Assembly: GCA_964550345.1 (NCBI GenBank)
Contig: CAZJYZ010000009.1
Span: 16,424 to 80,423, forward strand
Direction: 5' to 3'
DNA: 64,000 bases
Source of the DNA: an uncultured Aliiroseovarius sp.
GTDB lineage: Bacteria > Pseudomonadota > Alphaproteobacteria > Rhodobacterales > Rhodobacteraceae
Shown: positions 55,081 to 64,000 of the stretch, in pieces
Layout of the letters: each line of letters begins with the position of its first letter
How positions within the stretch are numbered: the stretch's first letter is position 1
Translations under genes and position numbers: made by a program
Notes under the pieces: model-generated
What the model saw: only the letters and a program-made list of their open reading frames with translations
Told to the model about the DNA's origin: nothing
The model's database searches: none

Positions 55081-57075
55081 TTAATTGCTGCCCTCTAACA
55101 ATTGCTGCAAAGCGTTTGCCGCACCTTCTTGCAATTGCTCCTCCAGCGTCGGGGCTTGCGCGTCCTCGCCCGTCCCCCCTTCGGGTTGCGCGGCGTCCCC
55201 CTCGCTGTCTGGCTCTTCTGAGGTGCTTATACCCAATTGCTCTGAAATAACGTCAATGGCACGTTCTTCCAGCGCTTCAATCTCGTCACTCAATTCCTGT
55301 TCAGCCAGAGCTTCCACATCAAGGCTGTAGGCAAGATTGTCCCAAGGGCCATGTATGCGCAGGGGCACCCGCACGCCGTCCTCTGTCCCTTCAGAGGTCA
55401 AAACACCCGGCACAATTGTATAATCAAGCACCTGCTGGCCCACCCCAACTGTGCCTGAGCCGGTCATTTCCCCAAATGCCGCGCGCATTTCCAGATCATC
55501 ATTACTGACAATACCACCTTCCATGGCGAAGCTTGCCGTGATGCTGTCATAGACCGTGCGCTGCCCCTCGCCACGATAAGAAGTATCAAGGTTCAAGATC
55601 ATTCCACCAATATCCAGCCCAAGGATTGCGCCCTGCCCGAACTCCACAGCACCGGAACCCGAAAGGGAATTCATCAGCGTATGCATGTCATTGCCAACGG
55701 CCAGAAACTTGACCTGCCCGGTCCCGGTTCCTTCAAGCCGGTCAAATCCGGCAAATTCGGTTAAAAGCGGCTTCAAGCCCACATTTGAGGCCATAATATC
55801 CCCTCCGGTGGAAAGCCCGCCACGCCCGTTGAGTACGTATTGCCCTGCAATTGACCCGCCATAAGCCGCGACTTCAGCAAGGTCGAACACCAGCCGCCCT
55901 GCAGTCAGGGTCGCGGTCAGTCTGGTTGTCCCCAGCGTTATGATCCCGGCATCAAGACTGGCCAGCGCCAACGATACCTCGGCATCGACAGCATGAAGGG
56001 CGCTGACATCAATTGGGGCGCGCGACCAACCAGCTGGTGAAGGTTCGCTTTCCCCTTCCATCAGACCTGAAAGATCAAGTGGCCCGCCTTGCAAATTGGC
56101 GCGGATCAGCGGCCTTTCCCCCGATGGATCTAGCTCAACCGAGCCAATAAGCTGGTTCTCGTCAAAGGTCAGCTGTAAGTCGTGAAGGGAAACGCCACCA
56201 TCAGGTGCAAGCGTTATGGAACCAAGCGCTGCCAGCCGGTCGGGGCCCAACCCACGGGGCAGCGCAGGCGCCCCCTACCCTGCCAGAGCCAATAAGGGGG
56301 CAAGGTCTGTGGCGTCAAAGTTAACCGCCCCCGATACCGACAATGGCGTCAAACCCGTCTGCCCCTCAAAACCGGCGCTACCGCCATCCCAGGCCAGCTT
56401 CAGCCTTACAGGGCCTTGTGCACCGTCCATTAACTGCGCAAGGTCACTGGCCATGGCTTCGACGCTCACTACTGCGCCGTTCATCTCAGCGCTTCCCTCA
56501 AGGCTTGCGGGTTGGGCAAGCGAGGGTAGACGAAATGTAAGGTTCATGTCCTGCACAGTCATTTCAGTACCCGCGGCGAGGTCGCGGTAAACAAGTGACC
56601 CATTCGAAATCTGTGCTTCGTCGATATTCAGTTTTCCAAGCCCGCCACCTTGTCTGGCTGGCCCTCCGGTCTGATCCGAGACGTCCCCCGCCCCTGCCAT
56701 TTCCCAGTTAACCGCCCCGTCTGTGTTCTTTATCAGCACGACCTCGGGCTTCACTAATTCGAAGCGCTTTACGTGAATTTTTCCCGAAAATAGCGGCCCC
56801 AGTGCCACGCCGACATTAAGCCGCTCTGCATGCAACAAAGGTGCCTCACCGGCCCAATCCGGGTTGCCAATCTCGATCCCTTCAGCACTCACGCCAAGCG
56901 AAGGGTAGATCGATGGGCTTATACCGCCAGAAATCACAAGGCTGCGGCCTGTAAACCGTTCAAACTGTTCGCCAACCAGTGCGCCGATCCTTTCTGCCGG
57001 GATCAAAAACAGACTCCCAACAAGGACAAGCACCAACAACACCAGAACCAAAACAATTCGTATGATCCACCGCAT
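55081..57075 (-). pseudogene. asmA: AsmA-family outer-membrane biogenesis protein interrupted by a single in-frame TAG
   Basis: The N-terminal ORF (57075-56275; TM anchor MRWIIRIVLVLVLLVLVLVG plus AsmA N-domain) and the C-terminal ORF (56250-55081; AsmA-like C-terminal region) share one reading frame. They are separated only by TAG (56275-56277) plus 8 sense codons: ...LLALAG*GAPALPRGLGPDRLAALG... Confidence 0.7.
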
Positions 57076-57261
57076 GATAATCTCCTTGTTTAATCGCCCG
57101 CGCTTAATTCTGTGCGGATCTGACTTCTGCCTGTTTGGAGCATTTCAATTATTGGAATGTTATTTGAAACGCTGCCAAAACACTAGCCACTGCAATCTGA
57201 GGCGAACCATCCCCTTCTCTTTTTAGTGGGCAATCGGGCGCAAAGTTTTTAGGGCTTCAGA

Positions 57262-57300
57262 CAAAAGAAACCCCGGCCCATCAATTCGATGGGCCGGGGT
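57262..57300 (-). terminator. Rho-independent terminator of the TRAP operon (copy 1)
   Basis: Perfect 13-bp stem ACCCCGGCCCATC / GATGGGCCGGGGT with loop AATTC. On the minus strand it is followed by TTTCTTTTG. It lies 35 nt downstream of the large-permease stop. Confidence 0.8.
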
Positions 57301-57334
57301 AACATTAGCTTAAAGCCGGGAATTCTCAGCTTAT

Positions 57335-58783
57335 TTAGTTTTTATAAGCGACCGCCGGCAGCCAGGTTGTAAGTTCTGGCCAGAAGAACACGATCAGAAG
57401 CCCGATCAGCTGCAATATCACAAACGGGATGATACCCCGGTAAATGTGGCCAAGGCTGATACCCGGAGGACAGACGCCTTTGAGATAGAAGAGCGCAAAA
57501 CCCACCGGGGGCGTCAGGAACGACGTTTGCAGCGTTACCGCCACCAGGATCGCGAACCAGACAACCGACGGATTATCGACCACTCCGAAGCCTTCAACCG
57601 GAATATTCAGGCTTAGAATTACTGGCAGCATCAGCGGCATGATGATCAGAGTAATCTCGATCCAATCCAGCAGGAAACCCAGAAGGAAGATGATGAACAG
57701 GATGAAAGCAACCACCATGTAAGGATTATCGAAACTGCCCAAAACAAGGTTTTCAATAATTTCATCTCCACCGAACCGACGCAGGATATAAGAAAAGAAG
57801 TTGGCGGCGATAAAAATCCCGACAATGTACCCCGAGGTGTTCAGGGTTTGACGCATGACGTCCTTGAACACCTTGCCGTTTAGGTTGCGTGAGAACAATG
57901 CCAGCAATGTGGCCCCTAAAGCGCCAAGACCCGAAGCTTCAGTTGGCGTTGCCAGACCAAAGAAGATTGAACCAAGAACCAGGACAATCAGGCCAAACGG
58001 AGGCACAACCGACAGAGCCACTTCACCGACTATCTTAAGATTTATCGCTTCACGATCTTCCGGAACCGGCATGGATTTTGGTGAAATCAAGCCATAAATG
58101 ATGATGAAGGCGATATACAGAACACCCAATAGAAGGCCGGGAAACAAGGCGCCCATGAACAGATCGCCCAGCGATATTGCCAGCTGATCCGACATAATCA
58201 CCAGCATGATCGAGGGCGGTATGAGGATGCCCAATGTACCACTTGCGGCAATTGTGCCGGTGGCTATGGGCTTGGCGTAATTCTGTCCCATCATGGCGGG
58301 GATACCCATCACGCCCAACAGCACGACAGAGGCGCCAATCACCCCGGTCGAGGCCGCAAGGATAATACCGATCAGCATCACCGTAAGGGCAAGACCGCCC
58401 TTGAGCGCGCCAAACAACACCTGCATCGAGCGCATCATCTTTTGCGCCACGCCGGATTGATCCAGCATCAGCCCCATATAGATGAACATTGGCAGTGCCA
58501 CGAGCACCGGATTTTTGATGATCCCGCCGAAAAAGCGCCCGGCATTGGTGTGAAGTTTGATGTAGGAGACACCAGTTCGGTGAAACTCGATATATTCGTT
58601 GATCAGCTTTTTATTTGGATCAAGCACCAGCATCGCGAACATGGCAAAGATCAGGCTGACGCCAACAAGTGCATAAACAACCGGAATGCCGCGAAACAGC
58701 ATAATGACGAAAGTTGCGAACATGGCCAGGACTAGCCACTGGTTCATGTCCATCAACACGCCCATAGCAGAAAGGATTTGCAT
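57335..58783 (-). CDS. TRAP transporter large permease (DctM family; COG4664-like long form), copy 1
   Basis: 482-aa polytopic protein, operon-linked to the DctQ-type and DctP-type genes. Confidence 0.9.
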   Translation of the reverse strand: MQILSAMGVLMDMNQWLVLAMFATFVIMLFRGIPVVYALVGVSLIFAMFAMLVLDPNKKLINEYIEFHRTGVSYIKLHTNAGRFFGGIIKNPVLVALPMFIYMGLMLDQSGVAQKMMRSMQVLFGALKGGLALTVMLIGIILAASTGVIGASVVLLGVMGIPAMMGQNYAKPIATGTIAASGTLGILIPPSIMLVIMSDQLAISLGDLFMGALFPGLLLGVLYIAFIIIYGLISPKSMPVPEDREAINLKIVGEVALSVVPPFGLIVLVLGSIFFGLATPTEASGLGALGATLLALFSRNLNGKVFKDVMRQTLNTSGYIVGIFIAANFFSYILRRFGGDEIIENLVLGSFDNPYMVVAFILFIIFLLGFLLDWIEITLIIMPLMLPVILSLNIPVEGFGVVDNPSVVWFAILVAVTLQTSFLTPPVGFALFYLKGVCPPGISLGHIYRGIIPFVILQLIGLLIVFFWPELTTWLPAVAYKN

Positions 58784-58787
58784 GTGA

Positions 58788-59570
58788 TCAGGCCTCGGAA
58801 CTGGAGCGTCGGCTGATCATAAAGCTGACCCCCGCGATGATGAGAATTAGGCCCAGACCATACCAGACCGTGTAGTCGAAAACCGGCTCGCGCGATACCT
58901 TGCGCGTGCTCAGCTCGGGGTTGGAAAGATGCACGATCCACCACAATGCGTAATATGTCGCCCTCTCAGCCAGAAACCAGAAGCCAGGCAGCCCGGCGAT
59001 GATGATCCGCCAGACAGTTGGCTTGCCTAACTTTGCCAAGTTGCGAGTAAGCGTCGCGACTGCCGAGATGATCGCGGCTACAAAAAGGAGTGGCATCATG
59101 GTTTTCAAAAGAAAGAGACCATGTAGCCCGTTGGGGCTGTCAGAACCTTCCCGTGCCTGAATAGACGAAAACGCATAGTGCATCAGGACGTCCGTCATGA
59201 TTACCAGGAAAGGAAGCAACAACCAGCCAAGCCCAAAGACCTCAATCCGCGCCTGTTTGCGTAGGCTGTAATGGGCGTGGAAGATATCCACCCGTACATG
59301 GCTGTTCGTGGTAATCGCATAGCCGAATGCGGCGATCATCGCGATGCCATACATCCACCACTGCAAGTCATCGAGCCAGGCCTGATTGTGTCCCATTTTG
59401 CGGATCACGACCTGTGTGACAATTGCCACCATCAGGAGTGGAAACAACCAAGCCAGGACATTGCCAATATTGATGACCAGGCGATCACCCCAGAGATGCT
59501 CTTTGCGATTCATCTCGCCGGGATCGGAGATCTTGATCACCTCTTCGACGTCAATGTCGGTGCCGGACAT
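58788..59570 (-). CDS. TRAP transporter small permease (DctQ family, long 260-aa form), copy 1
   Basis: Membrane protein between the DctP-type and DctM-type genes. Confidence 0.8.
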   Translation of the reverse strand: MSGTDIDVEEVIKISDPGEMNRKEHLWGDRLVINIGNVLAWLFPLLMVAIVTQVVIRKMGHNQAWLDDLQWWMYGIAMIAAFGYAITTNSHVRVDIFHAHYSLRKQARIEVFGLGWLLLPFLVIMTDVLMHYAFSSIQAREGSDSPNGLHGLFLLKTMMPLLFVAAIISAVATLTRNLAKLGKPTVWRIIIAGLPGFWFLAERATYYALWWIVHLSNPELSTRKVSREPVFDYTVWYGLGLILIIAGVSFMISRRSSSEA

Positions 59571-59646
59571 TATTTCTACTCCCCTGTTTTAAATGAGGCG
59601 GCCACCCGAAGGCAGCCGCCAGCAAATCGCTTCACGTGACTGGTTA

Positions 59647-60684
<1,038 letters not shown>

Positions 60685-60752
60685 TTCGTTCCTCCCATGA
60701 AACGTAAGTTTTGGCTCGCAAGCCGTTTGAGGGCGAGTCACCCTCCCTGAAC

Positions 60753-60771
60753 TGGTAAAACAAACTTACCA
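60753..60771. promoter_or_regulatory. Inverted repeat TGGTAA-N7-TTACCA upstream of the TRAP binding-protein gene (candidate operator)
   Basis: Perfect 6-bp arms, read directly, about 70 nt upstream of the ATG at 60684. Confidence 0.3.
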
Positions 60772-60842
60772 ATATTTGTGACCAGACTTCAACCCTTCTC
60801 TTTTTAGTGGGCAATCGGGCGCAAAGTTTTTAGGGCTTCAGA

Positions 60843-60881
60843 CAAAAGAAACCCCGGCCCATCAATTCGATGGGCCGGGGT
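60843..60881 (-). terminator. Rho-independent terminator (copy 2)
   Basis: Same hairpin and T-tract as 57262-57300, at offset +3581. Confidence 0.8.
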
Positions 60882-60915
60882 AACATTAGCTTAAAGCCGG
60901 GAATTCTCAGCTTAT

Positions 60916-62364
60916 TTAGTTTTTATAAGCGACCGCCGGCAGCCAGGTTGTAAGTTCTGGCCAGAAGAACACGATCAGAAGCCCGATCAGCTGCAATATC
61001 ACAAACGGGATGATACCCCGGTAAATGTGGCCAAGGCTGATACCCGGAGGACAGACGCCTTTGAGATAGAAGAGCGCAAAACCCACCGGGGGCGTCAGGA
61101 ACGACGTTTGCAGCGTTACCGCCACCAGGATCGCGAACCAGACAACCGACGGATTATCGACCACTCCGAAGCCTTCAACCGGAATATTCAGGCTTAGAAT
61201 TACTGGCAGCATCAGCGGCATGATGATCAGAGTAATCTCGATCCAATCCAGCAGGAAACCCAGAAGGAAGATGATGAACAGGATGAAAGCAACCACCATG
61301 TAAGGATTATCGAAACTGCCCAAAACAAGGTTTTCAATAATTTCATCTCCACCGAACCGACGCAGGATATAAGAAAAGAAGTTGGCGGCGATAAAAATCC
61401 CGACAATGTACCCCGAGGTGTTCAGGGTTTGACGCATGACGTCCTTGAACACCTTGCCGTTTAGGTTGCGTGAGAACAATGCCAGCAATGTGGCCCCTAA
61501 AGCGCCAAGACCCGAAGCTTCAGTTGGCGTTGCCAGACCAAAGAAGATTGAACCAAGAACCAGGACAATCAGGCCAAACGGAGGCACAACCGACAGAGCC
61601 ACTTCACCGACTATCTTAAGATTTATCGCTTCACGATCTTCCGGAACCGGCATGGATTTTGGTGAAATCAAGCCATAAATGATGATGAAGGCGATATACA
61701 GAACACCCAATAGAAGGCCGGGAAACAAGGCGCCCATGAACAGATCGCCCAGCGATATTGCCAGCTGATCCGACATAATCACCAGCATGATCGAGGGCGG
61801 TATGAGGATGCCCAATGTACCACTTGCGGCAATTGTGCCGGTGGCTATGGGCTTGGCGTAATTCTGTCCCATCATGGCGGGGATACCCATCACGCCCAAC
61901 AGCACGACAGAGGCGCCAATCACCCCGGTCGAGGCCGCAAGGATAATACCGATCAGCATCACCGTAAGGGCAAGACCGCCCTTGAGCGCGCCAAACAACA
62001 CCTGCATCGAGCGCATCATCTTTTGCGCCACGCCGGATTGATCCAGCATCAGCCCCATATAGATGAACATTGGCAGTGCCACGAGCACCGGATTTTTGAT
62101 GATCCCGCCGAAAAAGCGCCCGGCATTGGTGTGAAGTTTGATGTAGGAGACACCAGTTCGGTGAAACTCGATATATTCGTTGATCAGCTTTTTATTTGGA
62201 TCAAGCACCAGCATCGCGAACATGGCAAAGATCAGGCTGACGCCAACAAGTGCATAAACAACCGGAATGCCGCGAAACAGCATAATGACGAAAGTTGCGA
62301 ACATGGCCAGGACTAGCCACTGGTTCATGTCCATCAACACGCCCATAGCAGAAAGGATTTGCAT
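60916..62364 (-). CDS. TRAP transporter large permease, copy 2 (identical)
   Basis: Translation is identical to 57335-58783. Confidence 0.9.
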   Translation of the reverse strand: MQILSAMGVLMDMNQWLVLAMFATFVIMLFRGIPVVYALVGVSLIFAMFAMLVLDPNKKLINEYIEFHRTGVSYIKLHTNAGRFFGGIIKNPVLVALPMFIYMGLMLDQSGVAQKMMRSMQVLFGALKGGLALTVMLIGIILAASTGVIGASVVLLGVMGIPAMMGQNYAKPIATGTIAASGTLGILIPPSIMLVIMSDQLAISLGDLFMGALFPGLLLGVLYIAFIIIYGLISPKSMPVPEDREAINLKIVGEVALSVVPPFGLIVLVLGSIFFGLATPTEASGLGALGATLLALFSRNLNGKVFKDVMRQTLNTSGYIVGIFIAANFFSYILRRFGGDEIIENLVLGSFDNPYMVVAFILFIIFLLGFLLDWIEITLIIMPLMLPVILSLNIPVEGFGVVDNPSVVWFAILVAVTLQTSFLTPPVGFALFYLKGVCPPGISLGHIYRGIIPFVILQLIGLLIVFFWPELTTWLPAVAYKN

Positions 62365-62368
62365 GTGA

Positions 62369-63151
62369 TCAGGCCTCGGAACTGGAGCGTCGGCTGATCA
62401 TAAAGCTGACCCCCGCGATGATGAGAATTAGGCCCAGACCATACCAGACCGTGTAGTCGAAAACCGGCTCGCGCGATACCTTGCGCGTGCTCAGCTCGGG
62501 GTTGGAAAGATGCACGATCCACCACAATGCGTAATATGTCGCCCTCTCAGCCAGAAACCAGAAGCCAGGCAGCCCGGCGATGATGATCCGCCAGACAGTT
62601 GGCTTGCCTAACTTTGCCAAGTTGCGAGTAAGCGTCGCGACTGCCGAGATGATCGCGGCTACAAAAAGGAGTGGCATCATGGTTTTCAAAAGAAAGAGAC
62701 CATGTAGCCCGTTGGGGCTGTCAGAACCTTCCCGTGCCTGAATAGACGAAAACGCATAGTGCATCAGGACGTCCGTCATGATTACCAGGAAAGGAAGCAA
62801 CAACCAGCCAAGCCCAAAGACCTCAATCCGCGCCTGTTTGCGTAGGCTGTAATGGGCGTGGAAGATATCCACCCGTACATGGCTGTTCGTGGTAATCGCA
62901 TAGCCGAATGCGGCGATCATCGCGATGCCATACATCCACCACTGCAAGTCATCGAGCCAGGCCTGATTGTGTCCCATTTTGCGGATCACGACCTGTGTGA
63001 CAATTGCCACCATCAGGAGTGGAAACAACCAAGCCAGGACATTGCCAATATTGATGACCAGGCGATCACCCCAGAGATGCTCTTTGCGATTCATCTCGCC
63101 GGGATCGGAGATCTTGATCACCTCTTCGACGTCAATGTCGGTGCCGGACAT
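62369..63151 (-). CDS. TRAP transporter small permease, copy 2 (identical)
   Basis: Translation is identical to 58788-59570. Confidence 0.8.
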   Translation of the reverse strand: MSGTDIDVEEVIKISDPGEMNRKEHLWGDRLVINIGNVLAWLFPLLMVAIVTQVVIRKMGHNQAWLDDLQWWMYGIAMIAAFGYAITTNSHVRVDIFHAHYSLRKQARIEVFGLGWLLLPFLVIMTDVLMHYAFSSIQAREGSDSPNGLHGLFLLKTMMPLLFVAAIISAVATLTRNLAKLGKPTVWRIIIAGLPGFWFLAERATYYALWWIVHLSNPELSTRKVSREPVFDYTVWYGLGLILIIAGVSFMISRRSSSEA

Positions 63152-63227
63152 TATTTCTACTCCCCTGTTTTAAATGAGGCGGCCACCCGAAGGCAGCCGC
63201 CAGCAAATCGCTTCACGTGACTGGTTA

Positions 63228-64000
<773 letters not shown>

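Overview
The window is about 64 kb of moderately GC-rich, gene-dense bacterial DNA. Its gene content (TRAP, TTT/Tct, HAAT and CUT1 transporters, a dimethylglycine-dehydrogenase-like enzyme, a cysteate-lyase-like module) suggests a marine alphaproteobacterium, possibly Rhodobacterales-like; this is inference only. I support about 55 protein-coding genes. I found no rRNA, tRNA, CRISPR array, transposase, integrase or phage genes.

Gene order, left to right:
- A 5'-truncated FAD/GcvT-fusion dehydrogenase and a choline-kinase-like gene.
- A minus-strand operon: Liv-type ABC transporter, hotdog thioesterase and omega-aminotransferase.
- Tandem PiT and Na/Pi phosphate transporters.
- An AtuA(DUF1446)/DUF4387/TctABC module.
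- A roughly 12-14 kb minus-strand cluster built around an unassigned cytoplasmic molybdopterin (Mo-bisPGD) oxidoreductase.
- A divergent Gfo/CoA-transferase/crotonase/ALDH operon behind twin perfect palindromes.
- A LacI-controlled sugar ABC transporter followed by GMC/SDR/GMC/DUF993-like/glycerate-kinase genes.
- An orphan rmlC, and a CuyA/CuyZ-like PLP-lyase plus TauE exporter pair.
- An asmA gene interrupted by one in-frame TAG.
- A TRAP transporter operon present as a sequence-identical 3,581-bp tandem duplication that runs off the window end.

Best candidate for an undescribed system: the Mo-enzyme cluster (about 20.2-32.0 kb). Its parts are:
- a Tat-less alpha subunit;
- a four-cluster FeS beta subunit;
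- two small unknown proteins;
- an NAD(P)H-flavoprotein of the single-Cys CoADR/Nox class;
- an enlarged TorD-like chaperone;
- a cytoplasmic parvulin PPIase;
- an Nbp35-like Fe-S ATPase;
- a MOT1-family molybdate transporter;
- MoeA.
No membrane anchor gene is present. All functional calls rest on motifs read by eye from the translations. No database search was run.
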